This document shows positions 46,855-58,877 of a DNA stretch of 64,000 bases, piece after piece. Position 1 is the stretch's first letter, and each line of letters begins with the position of its first letter. Source of the DNA: Candidatus Poriferihabitaceae bacterium (GTDB taxonomy: Bacteria; Pseudomonadota; Gammaproteobacteria; Arenicellales; Poriferihabitantaceae); assembly GCA_965204925.1 (NCBI GenBank), contig OZ242021.1, forward strand, positions 1,420,000 to 1,483,999, given 5' to 3'. Made by a program: the position numbers and the translations under genes. The notes below the pieces were generated by a model. It searched no databases. It was not told the origin of the DNA and saw only the letters and a program-made list of their open reading frames with translations.

Positions 46855-47610
46855 ATGCTGGAAATTGAAGATTTGAATGCTGCCGTGGACGGCAAGGCGA
46901 TTCTCCGGGGGGTCAACCTGAAGGTGGGCGCCGGAGAGGTTCATGTGATTATGGGGCCGAACGGCTCGGGTAAAAGCACGCTGGCCAATGTACTGGCCGG
47001 CAGGGATAATTATGAAGTGACGCGCGGTCGGGTTTTTTACCGGAATATGGAGCTTTTGGAAATGGAACCGGAAATCCGCGCCCGGGAGGGCGTGTTTCTG
47101 GCATTCCAGTACCCGGTCGAAATCCCCGGAGTGTCCAATGTGTATCTGATGAAGGCTGCGACCAATGCTATCCGCAAACATCGTGGAGAGGAAGAACTGA
47201 ACGCGGTGACTTTTCTCAAGTTGATCAAGGAAAAGGCGGCGCTGGTGGAGATGAAACAGGAGTTTTTGTATCGCTCGGTCAATGAGGGATTCTCCGGAGG
47301 GGAAAAGAAGCGTAATGAAATACTTCAAATGGCGTTGCTGGAACCCCGCCTGTGCATTCTTGATGAAACGGATTCGGGCCTTGATATCGACGCGCTGAGA
47401 ATTATCGCATCCGGAGTCAACGCGTTGCGCAGCAGTGACCGGTCGATGATCGTGGTTACGCATTATCAGCGTTTGCTTGATTACATTGTGCCGGATTTTG
47501 TCCACGTTCTTGCGGGCGGTAGAATTATCCGTTCAGGGGATAAGCGCCTTGCCCTGGAACTGGATGAAAAAGGTTATGGGTGGATTGAAGAACATGCAGC
47601 CGCAGCCTGA
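46855..47610 (+). CDS. sufC: Fe-S cluster assembly ATPase SufC
   Basis: IMGPNGSGKSTL, FSGGEKKRNEILQ and ILDETDSGLD. Confidence 0.95.
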   Translation: MLEIEDLNAAVDGKAILRGVNLKVGAGEVHVIMGPNGSGKSTLANVLAGRDNYEVTRGRVFYRNMELLEMEPEIRAREGVFLAFQYPVEIPGVSNVYLMKAATNAIRKHRGEEELNAVTFLKLIKEKAALVEMKQEFLYRSVNEGFSGGEKKRNEILQMALLEPRLCILDETDSGLDIDALRIIASGVNALRSSDRSMIVVTHYQRLLDYIVPDFVHVLAGGRIIRSGDKRLALELDEKGYGWIEEHAAAA

Positions 47611-48979
47611 TACGCTCGTTACGCCCGGCACCGAGACCTATATAGACCAGTTCAACCGCTTGCGCGAGCGCTTGCCCGGGCATAATATCGCCTGGCTGGA
47701 TACTCAACGGGCGAAAAGTCTGGCGCGGTTTGGCCGCATCGGGTTTCCCACGCTGCGGGACGAGGACTGGAAGTATACATCGGTGCGGGGCATCACCGGC
47801 AAGCGCTTTGTGGTTGCCGACCCTGATAACGACAAGCAACCGGTCGACTTGTCGCCGTTTGCGATCGACGGGCTTGAAAGCCACAGGCTGGTGTTTGTTG
47901 ACGGGGTATTCAACCGGCCGTTGTCCACTGTTGGTAATTCTGGCGGGGCGCAATGTGAATTTGGCGTGGAATCGTTTGGTGAGGCGCTTGCGCGGGCTCC
48001 GGATTATGTTGAATCCTTGCTTGGCAGCGTCATCAAGGACAGGGGCCATGGATTTACCGCTCTCAACAACGCCATGTACAGGGACGGCGTCATTATCACT
48101 TTGCCCGCCCGGGCAGAGGTTTCGCGCCCGATTGAGATCGTTCACTTGTGTCGCGCGCAGCTATGTCTTTCCCAACCGAGGAATCTGATTGTCTGCGGGC
48201 TGCAAGGGTGTGCACAGATCATTGAGCGCTATGTGTCCGCAAGCGCTCACAATACCTTGTCCAACAGTGTTACGGAGATACTGCTTGAAGACGGAGCTGC
48301 GCTTGATTATTACCTTGTCCAGAACCAGTCCAGCGCAGCTTACCAGGTTTGCGGGATCTGGGTCAGGCAATTCCCCGGCAGCCGCTTCAGTTGCCGCACG
48401 ATTACGTTTGGAGGCGCTCTCGTGCGCAATGACCTTCACGTCAATCTGGATGGGCCGCAAGCCCACTGCGATATGCTCGGAGTATACAGTCTGGGCGGCC
48501 GGCAACATGTGGATAATCATACGAACACCCTGCATGCTGCCGAAAACTGCAGCAGCCGGGAGATTTACAAGGGGGTTCTCGACCAGCGCGCGCGCGCGGT
48601 GTTTCACGGTCGGATCAGGGTCGATCAGGGCGCGCAGAAAACCGACGCGGCGCAGTCCAGCAATACCCTTCTGCTGTCCGGCAACGCGGAGATCGATACC
48701 AAGCCGCAACTTGAGATTTACGCCGACGATGTCAAATGCTCACATGGCGCGACCATTGGTCAAATTGATGAAAAATCTCTTTTCTACTTGCGTAGCCGGG
48801 GAATTGGCGAACAGGAGGCGCGCGCCTTGCTCATTTATGCTTTTGTCAATGATGTATTGGGTGAAGTGAACATCAAGCCGCTTCGCCGGTATCTCGAATC
48901 GATTTTGAGGCAGCAGTTGGGGGGTCACCACTGTCGTGCCGCCGGAGAGCCGTCAGTGGAGCGCGGGGCAGTAAGATGA
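47594..48979 (+). CDS. sufD: Fe-S cluster assembly protein SufD
   Basis: Internal ATG (MQPQPDT) overlaps the sufC end. Contains KPQLEIYADDVKCSHGATIGQIDE. Confidence 0.9.
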   Translation: MQPQPDTLVTPGTETYIDQFNRLRERLPGHNIAWLDTQRAKSLARFGRIGFPTLRDEDWKYTSVRGITGKRFVVADPDNDKQPVDLSPFAIDGLESHRLVFVDGVFNRPLSTVGNSGGAQCEFGVESFGEALARAPDYVESLLGSVIKDRGHGFTALNNAMYRDGVIITLPARAEVSRPIEIVHLCRAQLCLSQPRNLIVCGLQGCAQIIERYVSASAHNTLSNSVTEILLEDGAALDYYLVQNQSSAAYQVCGIWVRQFPGSRFSCRTITFGGALVRNDLHVNLDGPQAHCDMLGVYSLGGRQHVDNHTNTLHAAENCSSREIYKGVLDQRARAVFHGRIRVDQGAQKTDAAQSSNTLLLSGNAEIDTKPQLEIYADDVKCSHGATIGQIDEKSLFYLRSRGIGEQEARALLIYAFVNDVLGEVNIKPLRRYLESILRQQLGGHHCRAAGEPSVERGAVR

Positions 48980-49401
48980 AACGGGTAAACCTTGATCCTG
49001 CACCGGGTCTGAAGAAAGCAGTGATCATGGAAGAATTCGATCGCAACAATAGTCCGCAGTCCGCGCCGGCTCCGACCGCGGCTGAACCCGATGTATCGGA
49101 AGACGAATTGCGGTCGCGGGTGATCGAAGCGCTCAAAACAGTTTATGACCCGGAAATTCCCGTCAACATCTACGATCTCGGCCTAATCTACAATATTTCC
49201 TTGCACGGCGCGTTTGTCCATGTCGATATGACCCTGACCGCGCCCGGTTGTCCTGTGGCACACACGTTCCCGGGTATGGTAGAGCGCTCTGTCGAGCTCG
49301 TTCCGGGTGTCAGCGGCGCCGTTGTCGAACTGGTCTGGGACCCTCCCTGGACTCCCGAACTGATCAGCGAAGCCGCCCGCCTTGAGTTGGGCCTGATTTG
49401 A
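48976..49401 (+). CDS. sufT: DUF59 / SufT-like Fe-S assembly protein
   Basis: VYDPEIPVNIYDLGLIY and LTAPGCPVA. ATGA overlap with the sufD stop. Confidence 0.8.
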   Translation: MKRVNLDPAPGLKKAVIMEEFDRNNSPQSAPAPTAAEPDVSEDELRSRVIEALKTVYDPEIPVNIYDLGLIYNISLHGAFVHVDMTLTAPGCPVAHTFPGMVERSVELVPGVSGAVVELVWDPPWTPELISEAARLELGLI

Positions 49402-49425
49402 CGCAACAGGTATCGGGAGTAACGC

Positions 49426-49746
49426 ATGGACGGCTGGGTTGAAGTGTGTTCGCAGGACGAGATTGCCCGCGGTCAACGCAGGGTAGTTGATGTTGAAGGT
49501 ACGATCGTTGTCGTATTCAATCTGGACGGGGAATTTTACGCGATAGAGGATGTTTGCACCCACGATGGCAGCGAGATTTCGCATGGCCGTATGATCGGCG
49601 ATGACATCGAATGCCCCCGTCATGGCGCCCGATTCTGTATTAAAACCGGAGCGGTCACGGCGCCGCCCGCATACGAGCCGGTTGACACATTTCCGGTAAT
49701 GGTTCTGGACCGAATCGTGTATGTCCAGGACAATCGCTGGGATTAA
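49426..49746 (+). CDS. Rieske [2Fe-2S] ferredoxin-like protein
   Basis: Rieske ligands CTHDG...CPRHGARF. 106 aa. Confidence 0.85.
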   Translation: MDGWVEVCSQDEIARGQRRVVDVEGTIVVVFNLDGEFYAIEDVCTHDGSEISHGRMIGDDIECPRHGARFCIKTGAVTAPPAYEPVDTFPVMVLDRIVYVQDNRWD

Positions 49747-51099
<1,353 letters not shown>

Positions 51100-51114
51100 T
51101 TCCCTGACCTTGCC

Positions 51115-52416
51115 ATGTTACAGCGACTTGATTATTCCGATCCCGGTTTTTACGCTGATCTCGACAAACTGTTGCGCCGCGAAGTCGGACATGATGAGGC
51201 GCTCCGGCAGGCGGTTGCATCGATCATCGCCGGGGTCAGAAGCCGCGGCGATGCGGCGCTGATTGAATATACCCGTCAGTTCGATCAATATCCGGTCTCT
51301 TGTATGGAGGCCCTTGAGTTGGACGCGCAAACCATTGCCGGCAGCTGTGACCGTCTCGATCATGGATTGATTGTCTGTCTTGAGTCGGCAGCCGCGCGTA
51401 TCCGGGTTTTCCATGAGCGGGAAACGCTTCATTCATGGAGCTACACGGAGCCGGATGGCACAAAACTCGGCCAGATTGTCAGCGCTATGGAGCGGGTGGG
51501 AGTATATGTGCCGGGCGGTAAGGCCGCCTATCCTTCATCGGTACTCATGACCGCTATTCCTGCCAGAGTGGCCGGAGTCGGTGAAATCATTATGACCGTA
51601 CCTGCTCCCGCCGGAGAGATCAATGATTCGGTCATAGCCGCTGCGCATATTGCCGGGGTCGACCGTATCTATACGATAGGCGGCGCCCAAGCGGTAGCGG
51701 CCATGGCATACGGTACTGAAAGTGTGCCTCGCGTGGACAAAATTGTGGGACCGGGAAACGCCTGGGTGGCTGCCGCCAAGAAAATGGTATTTGGCGATGT
51801 CGGGGTCGATATGGTTGCGGGGCCGTCCGAGGTTGTTGTCATTTGTGATCACTCGGCCAACCCGGATTGGGTTGCCATGGACTTGCTTGCCCAGGCGGAG
51901 CATGATGAGCTGGCGCAGTCGATTGCGATCACTGTTTCGAAAGATCTGGCCGACCGTATCGTACAGTCGATCGATGAACTGCTTGACCCGTTGCCGCGTG
52001 CAGAGATTATCAGGAGTTCCCTGGCTGCCAATGGTGGTCTTGTCCTCGTCGACGACTTGGCCCAGGCCGTGGAAGTCGCCAATCACATTGCCCCGGAGCA
52101 TCTTGAACTGATGGTGGAGAATGCCACCCGTCTGATTGACGGAATCCGGCATGCCGGCGCTATTTTTGTCGGTAAGTACAGCGCCGAAGTACTGGGTGAT
52201 TATTGCGCCGGGCCGAATCATGTCTTGCCGACTTCAGGCACGGCGAGGTTCAGCTCCCCGCTGGGCGTCTACGACTTTCAAAAGCGCAGCAGCCTGATCC
52301 GGGTATCGGCGCAGGGCGCCAGTCGAATGGCGGCCACCGCTGTGGTTCTGGCGCGCAGCGAAGGCCTGACAGCCCACGAACAATCTGCCCGTTACCGGAT
52401 CGCCCCGCATGATTGA
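51115..52416 (+). CDS. hisD: Histidinol dehydrogenase
   Basis: [19 protein letters not shown] and [13 protein letters not shown]. Confidence 0.95.
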   Translation: MLQRLDYSDPGFYADLDKLLRREVGHDEALRQAVASIIAGVRSRGDAALIEYTRQFDQYPVSCMEALELDAQTIAGSCDRLDHGLIVCLESAAARIRVFHERETLHSWSYTEPDGTKLGQIVSAMERVGVYVPGGKAAYPSSVLMTAIPARVAGVGEIIMTVPAPAGEINDSVIAAAHIAGVDRIYTIGGAQAVAAMAYGTESVPRVDKIVGPGNAWVAAAKKMVFGDVGVDMVAGPSEVVVICDHSANPDWVAMDLLAQAEHDELAQSIAITVSKDLADRIVQSIDELLDPLPRAEIIRSSLAANGGLVLVDDLAQAVEVANHIAPEHLELMVENATRLIDGIRHAGAIFVGKYSAEVLGDYCAGPNHVLPTSGTARFSSPLGVYDFQKRSSLIRVSAQGASRMAATAVVLARSEGLTAHEQSARYRIAPHD

Positions 52417-53476
52417 GCGGCTGGTCCGGCAATGGGTAAAACCGGCGGTGCGGAGTTTGCAAGCCTATTCGGTTCCGCATGCGGGTGGGCTGATCAAACT
52501 GGATGCGATGGAAAGCCCCTGGCCGATTCCCCGCTCCATGCGCAAGGAGTGGTTATCGGTTGTCGGCGAAGTCGAGATCAACCGCTATCCGGATCCCGGC
52601 AGCGCCGCATTGAAATCCGTACTGCGCAAGCGTCTCGGGATTCCGCATCAGTGCGGGATTATACTGGGTAATGGCTCGGATGAGTTGATCCAGTTGATCA
52701 CGCTACTGGTCGGCGGTCCGGACCGGGTATTCCTTTTCCCCGACCCTTCTTTTTCGATGTATCGCCAGATCTGTACGGTGACGGGGACGCAGTTTGTCAC
52801 GGCGCCGCTGAATGATGATTTTTCACTGGATACCGACAGACTGCTTGATGAGATGGAAAGACATCAGCCGGCCTGTGTTTTCCTGGCATATCCGAATAAT
52901 CCGACGGGGAACTGTTTTGATCCTGTGTCTGTTGAACGGACTCTGGACAGGGCGCCCGGGTTGGTCGTTCTGGATGAGGCCTATTTCGCGTTTTGTGGAA
53001 AGACCTGGCTGGATTCGATTGCCGGTTACCCGAACCTGCTGGTATTGCGCACCTTGTCCAAGAGCGGATTTGCCGGCTTGAGGCTGGGGCTGTTGGCCGG
53101 TCATCCTGCATGGCTGGACGAAATGGAGAAACTGAGGCTGCCCTATAATATCAATGCGCTGACCCAGGCCAGCGCCTACTATTTCCTGCGGCGCTATGCC
53201 TTGTTCGAGCGCCAATCGGCGCAAATCCTGAAAAACCGCGCCAGATTGTTCGGGCAATTAACGGAAATCCCCGGTGTGGAAGTTTTCCCCAGCGAGACCA
53301 ATTTCCTTTTATGCCGGGTTTCCGATGGCGATCAGGTATTCAGATCCCTGATGGATAAGGGCGTATTGGTGCGCAATCTGCATACAAAGGGCTCCCGGCT
53401 GGAAAATTGCCTGCGTGTGACCGTGGGGACGCGGGAGGAAAACAGCGCATTTGTTGCAGCGCTGAAATCCCTGTAG
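52409..53476 (+). CDS. hisC: Histidinol-phosphate aminotransferase
   Basis: Class-II aminotransferase with PLP-Lys LRTLSKSGFAGLRLG. Overlaps the hisD stop. Confidence 0.9.
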   Translation: MIERLVRQWVKPAVRSLQAYSVPHAGGLIKLDAMESPWPIPRSMRKEWLSVVGEVEINRYPDPGSAALKSVLRKRLGIPHQCGIILGNGSDELIQLITLLVGGPDRVFLFPDPSFSMYRQICTVTGTQFVTAPLNDDFSLDTDRLLDEMERHQPACVFLAYPNNPTGNCFDPVSVERTLDRAPGLVVLDEAYFAFCGKTWLDSIAGYPNLLVLRTLSKSGFAGLRLGLLAGHPAWLDEMEKLRLPYNINALTQASAYYFLRRYALFERQSAQILKNRARLFGQLTEIPGVEVFPSETNFLLCRVSDGDQVFRSLMDKGVLVRNLHTKGSRLENCLRVTVGTREENSAFVAALKSL

Positions 53477-53578
53477 CCAGACGCGGCAGCTGTATGGTTG
53501 TCCCGGGTCGGACCGGGCAGGCTGTATGCCCGGCGAATCCGGGCCGGAAAATTCTGTCAACGGCGCGCGCGGGCAGCG

Positions 53579-54361
53579 TCATCGATTGACGATCAGTTCG
53601 CCAAAATCCCTCAGATACGGCAGGCGCGCCTGTGCTGCGTTGAGCTTGTCCAAATCGATATCGGCGCTAACCAGTCCTTCCTCCGTACCCGCATCTGCGG
53701 TGATTTCGCCATCGGGTGCAACGATTTTGCTGCCGCCAAGGTAGTCCAGTCCGTTCTCATGGCCGGCATGATTGGCGCAGGCAATCCATACGCCATTTTC
53801 AAATGCGCGTGTAGGGACAACCTGCGATGCGACAATATCCCATTGCGCGGCTAATGCTGTCGGTACGAGTACAAGGTGAGCGCCGGCAACAGCGGCATTA
53901 CGCACTGATTCCGGAAACTCTACTTCATAGCAGATGAGTATCGCGATATGAATGCCAAGATAAGTCAGCGATGTAGCCTTGCCGCCGGGAGTGAAATAGT
54001 CCTCTTCAAAACTCCCCGGGGAGTTGAGTTGTTTGTGGTGGTTAGCCATCAGTTGGCCGTCGGCGCCGACGAACGCGGCAGCGTTACGGAGTGTATCGCC
54101 GGCTTTTTGCGGATAGCCGTAACACAGCGCGACATCGTGTTTTTGCGCAATCGCAGAGAAGGGGGCAACGCTGTATTCAGCGGCTTTCGTGATGAGAGCA
54201 TCACCGATATGGTAGCCGGAACTGAACAGCTCGGGGCATACCACAAGATCAAGCTTTTCACACAGGTCGTTTTCATGCCCGTTAATCGCTGTGGAGAGGC
54301 TGTCGAGTCTCTCGCATAATGTTTTACCGCCAGCCGCGCATTGAAAAACACCGGTTCTCAT
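53579..54361 (-). CDS. Carbon-nitrogen hydrolase (nitrilase superfamily) protein
   Basis: Glu-Lys-Cys triad context: VVCPELF, HHKQL and LICYEVEFPE. 260 aa. Confidence 0.8.
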   Translation of the reverse strand: MRTGVFQCAAGGKTLCERLDSLSTAINGHENDLCEKLDLVVCPELFSSGYHIGDALITKAAEYSVAPFSAIAQKHDVALCYGYPQKAGDTLRNAAAFVGADGQLMANHHKQLNSPGSFEEDYFTPGGKATSLTYLGIHIAILICYEVEFPESVRNAAVAGAHLVLVPTALAAQWDIVASQVVPTRAFENGVWIACANHAGHENGLDYLGGSKIVAPDGEITADAGTEEGLVSADIDLDKLNAAQARLPYLRDFGELIVNR

Positions 54362-54371
54362 GTCTGCTTCC

Positions 54372-55526
54372 CTAACGTACGATGAGTGTTTGGGGTGATT
54401 GCGAAGTGAGAACCTCTGCCCCGTTTTCGGTCAATATCACGGTGTTGGAGATGAAGTAGTCAACGACATCGGTGTTGGTGAACCAGGAGTGCGCGTGGAA
54501 GGTCATGCCGACTTTCAATTCCCGTGTATTGTCCGGTTGCAGGCTGGTGACCATGCTTCCGCCAGTCCAGCTTGGGGGGAACCCGATACCGACGAGATAG
54601 CCACAGTGGTGACGATGGTAACCGGTTAGTCCGGCCGAGTCGGCGACATCTTTCCAGGCTTGATAAACTGACCCCGTGGTATTGCCGGGAATCAATGCCT
54701 CGCAGATCGCATTCATCCCTTCAATGGCCAGCCGGGCCGATTTCTCCGCCCCCTGCGGGGCGTTGCCAACATAGACCAGCCGACCCATGGGCGCCTGATA
54801 TTTGCGGCAGGCGCCGCCAATCTCCAAAAATACCGCATCACCGTTGCGGAAAGTATCCCCGCGCCAGGTAGTGTGCTCCTCGCCAAGGCGTGCTGTCGGG
54901 CGAATGAACGGCCCGAAGCCCGGGTACTCACTACCAGCCAGAATCATCGCGCGATGACATTCAGCGGCAACTTCGTAGTCACTGGCGCCGTCATGGACCG
55001 CTTCGATTGAGGCCAGGGCGCCTGCGTCCGCTGCCAGCGCGGCTTTGCGTGTGTACTCCTGTTCAAGCGGTGATTTGATCAGTCTCAGGTCATCCACCAA
55101 TCCGGAGCAGTCCTGCCAATCGACAGCGGGGGCGCTGGCCTGCGTCATTTCCGCAATGCGCGCTGTCAGAAACAGGCTGCGTTTTTCCAGGCCCACACGA
55201 GCGTTGCCCAGCCCCCGGGCATTGATCATTTTTACAATGTAATCTGACGGTTCTTCGGTGTCCTGGTGACCAAAAAACTCGGCATTGTTCACTTGGTTTT
55301 CCACGGTAATGCGCTCCATCATCCGACACATCAAGGCCATCTCACCCTGCAGTGGTACCAATAGCGCATGGCAGGAAAAGAATCCCCAGTGGTCAAGTCC
55401 GGTGAGGTAGTAAATATTTTCGGGCACAGTGATGATAATGCCGGCAAGATTTCGCTCTTGCATCACTGAGCGAACAGCTGTCAGTCGAGCCTCCAGTTCA
55501 GCGGCAGGGAACACATCGTCAGTCAT
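54372..55526 (-). CDS. M24-family hydrolase (creatinase / Xaa-Pro peptidase / ectoine-hydrolase-like)
   Basis: Creatinase-type N-domain (LAGIIITVPENIYYLTG) and pita-bread C-domain (HHCGYLVGIG, MTFHAHSW). ATG at 55526 preceded by GAGGA. Confidence 0.75.
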   Translation of the reverse strand: MTDDVFPAAELEARLTAVRSVMQERNLAGIIITVPENIYYLTGLDHWGFFSCHALLVPLQGEMALMCRMMERITVENQVNNAEFFGHQDTEEPSDYIVKMINARGLGNARVGLEKRSLFLTARIAEMTQASAPAVDWQDCSGLVDDLRLIKSPLEQEYTRKAALAADAGALASIEAVHDGASDYEVAAECHRAMILAGSEYPGFGPFIRPTARLGEEHTTWRGDTFRNGDAVFLEIGGACRKYQAPMGRLVYVGNAPQGAEKSARLAIEGMNAICEALIPGNTTGSVYQAWKDVADSAGLTGYHRHHCGYLVGIGFPPSWTGGSMVTSLQPDNTRELKVGMTFHAHSWFTNTDVVDYFISNTVILTENGAEVLTSQSPQTLIVR

Positions 55527-55746
55527 GGTCCGGTTTCCTCGGGTCAATCGGGTGATGGCGATAAGCCGGATTAGAAATTTCGCTGATTTGTACACCAATT
55601 ATTGACAGCAAGCAATAGTATTGGTCATACTGGGCACATAAATTACCGGATATTAAACGGTATGTTTCTTTGGACTGCAATTGGACAACTCTATTGGTAT
55701 ACAATTCAGTATTTTCATCACTCACCACACACTAGGAGAAAACATC

Positions 55747-56610
55747 ATGATTAACTGCATGCACTCCATCATGCGCAAGGCTGTGATTGCCGCAGCATTG
55801 CCTGTTTTATTCGCCGACATCAGCGGCGTTGCAGCGGCCGATGCGCTGACCGACAAAATCGCCGCTGGTGAGCCTGTTCGTATCGGGTTCGCGAACGAGG
55901 TGCCGTGGGCATACCCGGGTGAGGGTAACGAGCCGTTGGGTTTTGCTAACGTGACAGCAGTTGAAACGCTTAAACATATGGGTGTCAAGAAGATTGTGCC
56001 GGTTATCACCGAGTGGGGCGGATTGATTCCGGGCTTGAACGCCAATCGTTTTGATGTAATCACGGGTGGAATGTACATCCTCAAAACTCGCTGTGAGAAC
56101 GTCAATTTCGCCGAACCAATGGGTGTATTTGGCGATGCGTTTATCGTTGCGCCAGGGAACCCGAAAAATCTCACCAACTATCAGGATATCAGGAACGCAG
56201 GCGCGACGCTTGTTACGGGAGCGGGTTACAATATTGTTGAGGCGGCCAAAAAAGAAGGCATAGCGGAAGGCAACATTATGACGGTACCCGGTCCGACTGA
56301 AATCCTCGCAGCGGTCCGCGCCGGTCGCGCCGATGCCGGCGGAGTAACCTTTTTCACCGCGCAAAACCTCGCCAAACAAAGCGGCGGGGCGGTTGATGTG
56401 ACGGATCCCGCGGCGTTGCCAATCTGGACCAAAAACTGGGTAGGCATCGCGTTCAGGAAGTCGGATACAGATTTCCTGAAGGCATACAACGAAGCCCAGG
56501 CCGAGTACCTGGGCAGTGACGAAATGCTCGCAGCAGTCGCGCCTTATGGGTATACCAAGGCGCAATTGCCGGGCGATGCAACAACCGCCTACGCCTGTGC
56601 CAACAGATAA
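55747..56610 (+). CDS. Polar amino-acid ABC transporter substrate-binding protein (EhuB/ectoine-type resemblance)
   Basis: ATG after AGGAGA. Signal peptide MINCMHSIMRKAVIAAALPVLFADISGVAAADA. Contains VRIGFANEVPWAY and LIPGLNANRFDVI. The substrate call rests only on my recollection of EhuB. Confidence 0.7.
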   Translation: MINCMHSIMRKAVIAAALPVLFADISGVAAADALTDKIAAGEPVRIGFANEVPWAYPGEGNEPLGFANVTAVETLKHMGVKKIVPVITEWGGLIPGLNANRFDVITGGMYILKTRCENVNFAEPMGVFGDAFIVAPGNPKNLTNYQDIRNAGATLVTGAGYNIVEAAKKEGIAEGNIMTVPGPTEILAAVRAGRADAGGVTFFTAQNLAKQSGGAVDVTDPAALPIWTKNWVGIAFRKSDTDFLKAYNEAQAEYLGSDEMLAAVAPYGYTKAQLPGDATTAYACANR

Positions 56611-56678
56611 CCATTTCCCGAAGCGGGCAGCGGCGATTGCCGCCGCCCGCTTTCATGGCGCACGCCGCGGGACATACC

Positions 56679-57347
56679 ATGCAAGAATACGCACAGTTTC
56701 TAGTCGAGTACGCGCCGCGCTTTATTGACGGTACGATTGTCACCGCGCAGCAAACCGTGTTGGCGGCTGTGCTGGCCATTGTGATCGCATTGGTCATGGC
56801 GTTGATGAAAATGTCGTCAATGCGTGCGCTGCGATGGTTTGCGATTAGTTATATCGAATTATTTCGCGGCACTTCGTTATTGGTGCAGCTGTTTTGGATT
56901 TTCTTTGTGTTACCACTGTTTGGTGTTACATTGGAGCCGTTTACCGCGGGCTTTATTGCCGTCGGGATGAACCTTGGGGCATACGGCGCCGAGCTGGTTC
57001 GAGGTGGCATTCAGGCCGTACCCCGCGGGCAATATGAAGCCTGCATAGCGCTGAACCTGCCGCCCTTGACGCGCTTTCGGCGTGTGATATTTCCGCAAGC
57101 GCTCCTGAAAATGCTTCCACCATGGGGCACTCTGCTGATTGAGTTACTCAAAGCGACAGCGTTGGTGTCGCTAATCTCGGTCAGTGACTTGATGTTCCAG
57201 TCCAAACAGATCAACGGCTCGACCTTTCTCTCCGCCCAGGCATTTGGCACGGCGTTAATTATCTATTACGCGATGGCGAGACTGTTAGTGTCACCGGCGG
57301 TGCGCTACCTGGAAAAGGCCTTGTCGCGCAAACTGAGCCGAGCGTAA
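56679..57347 (+). CDS. Amino-acid ABC transporter permease
   Basis: His/Glu/Gln/Arg-type permease with EAA-like loop GAYGAELVRGGIQAVPRGQYEA. Start uncertain (56637, 56655 or 56679). Confidence 0.8.
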   Translation: MQEYAQFLVEYAPRFIDGTIVTAQQTVLAAVLAIVIALVMALMKMSSMRALRWFAISYIELFRGTSLLVQLFWIFFVLPLFGVTLEPFTAGFIAVGMNLGAYGAELVRGGIQAVPRGQYEACIALNLPPLTRFRRVIFPQALLKMLPPWGTLLIELLKATALVSLISVSDLMFQSKQINGSTFLSAQAFGTALIIYYAMARLLVSPAVRYLEKALSRKLSRA

Positions 57348-57350
57348 ATC

Positions 57351-58016
57351 GTGTTTGACTGGAAGTGGGGCTTCACCTTCGAAATTCTGCCGCGTATGTT
57401 CCTGGCAGCGTTGAACACGCTGTTAGCCGCAGGTCTGGGCTATGCTATTGCGCTGGCGCTTGGGTTGATTTTCGCGCTATTGCAGCGCAGCCGATATCCG
57501 CCGCTTACGTTCATAGTGAGAGAGCTGGTCGAGTTTGTCCGTTCAACACCACTGGTGCTACAGATTTTCTTTGTGTTTTACGTAGGCCCCCAGTTTGGCC
57601 TGAATTTATCGCCGTGGACCGCGGGCATGATCGCTATCGGCCTGCACTACGCCACCTACTTGTCGGAAGTGTACCGCGCAGGGCTCGACAGCGTGCCCAA
57701 GGGTCAGTGGGAGGCATGTATTGCGCTTAATTTAAGCCCACAGCGCACGTATTGCAAAATTGTCATTCCGCAAGCGGTTCCTCTCATGATCCCCGGGTTT
57801 GGTAATTATCTGGTCGGTATATTCAAAGATACGCCGATGCTCTCGGTGATCGGTGTTGCCGAGTTGATGCACGTGGCCAATGCCGTGGGTTCCGAGACCT
57901 ATCGCTTCCTGGAGCCCTACACCCTGGTTGGGGTCATCTTCCTGATTATTTCGCTGCCGGCCGCCTGGTTGATCCGGCAGTTCGAGCTGTGGGTTCGCCG
58001 CTCATTGGGCATGTAA
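57351..58016 (+). CDS. Amino-acid ABC transporter permease
   Basis: Paralogue of the preceding permease, with YLSEVYRAGLDSVPKGQWEA. GTG start. Confidence 0.8.
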   Translation: MFDWKWGFTFEILPRMFLAALNTLLAAGLGYAIALALGLIFALLQRSRYPPLTFIVRELVEFVRSTPLVLQIFFVFYVGPQFGLNLSPWTAGMIAIGLHYATYLSEVYRAGLDSVPKGQWEACIALNLSPQRTYCKIVIPQAVPLMIPGFGNYLVGIFKDTPMLSVIGVAELMHVANAVGSETYRFLEPYTLVGVIFLIISLPAAWLIRQFELWVRRSLGM

Positions 58017-58043
58017 ACAACGCACTCTCCGGGGGCGCAATTC

Positions 58044-58856
58044 ATGACGGAACAACAAGCTTATCCGCTGGAACTGGAAGCTGACGCTCCAATGGTGCGC
58101 TTCAGGAATGTCACCAAACGTTACGGCGACCTGACAGTGCTTGACGCGCTTGACCTCGACGTGCGCCGCAACGAGGTGGTTTCGATTATCGGCCCTTCAG
58201 GTTCGGGGAAAACCACCGTATTGCGTATGCTGATGACATTGGAGCTCATCAACGAGGGCGTTATTTATGTGGAAGGCAGGCCGCTCACCCACATGCCTGA
58301 CAATGGTGTGCTGGTACGCGCAAGCCAAAGATATGTGCGCTCAGTGCGCAAGGACATCGGTATGGTATTTCAGCACTTCAATCTGTTCCCGCACATGACT
58401 GCTCTTGAAAACTGCATGGAAGCGCCGGTGCAATCACTGGGATTGAGTAAACAAGAAGCGCAGTCCCGTTCCGAGGAGTTGCTGGAAATGGTCGGGTTGG
58501 CGGACAAAATGCACCAACATCCGGTGCGGTTGTCCGGCGGCCAACAGCAGCGGGTCGCCATTGCACGCGCACTGGCGATGCGTCCAAAAATCATGTTATT
58601 TGACGAAGTGACTTCAGCGCTTGATCCGGAAGTGATTGGCGAGGTGCTCAACGTTATTCGTAAACTGAATTCCGAGCACGATCTGACGATGCTGATGGTG
58701 ACCCACCAAATGGGATTCGCAAAGGAAATTTCTGATCGTGTGTGTTTTTTCTATGAAGGAAAAATTGCCGAGCAAGGCCCGCCCGACCAACTGTTCGGCA
58801 ATCCACAAAATCCGCGCACCCGACAGTTCCTTAGTGCAGTATTGAATGCCGGATAA
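58044..58856 (+). CDS. Amino-acid ABC transporter ATP-binding protein
   Basis: GPSGSGKTT, LSGGQQQRVAIARAL and MLFDEVTSALD. Confidence 0.92.
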   Translation: MTEQQAYPLELEADAPMVRFRNVTKRYGDLTVLDALDLDVRRNEVVSIIGPSGSGKTTVLRMLMTLELINEGVIYVEGRPLTHMPDNGVLVRASQRYVRSVRKDIGMVFQHFNLFPHMTALENCMEAPVQSLGLSKQEAQSRSEELLEMVGLADKMHQHPVRLSGGQQQRVAIARALAMRPKIMLFDEVTSALDPEVIGEVLNVIRKLNSEHDLTMLMVTHQMGFAKEISDRVCFFYEGKIAEQGPPDQLFGNPQNPRTRQFLSAVLNAG

Positions 58857-58877
58857 ATCATCGGATCGTAACGCAAA

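Noticed and set aside
53502-53544. Two short GC hairpins (cccgg-N6-ccggg and gcccgg-N5-ccgggc) between hisC and the convergent C-N hydrolase gene.
   Set aside because: The stems are only 5-6 bp and neither strand has a following U-tract. This is not enough to call an intrinsic terminator.
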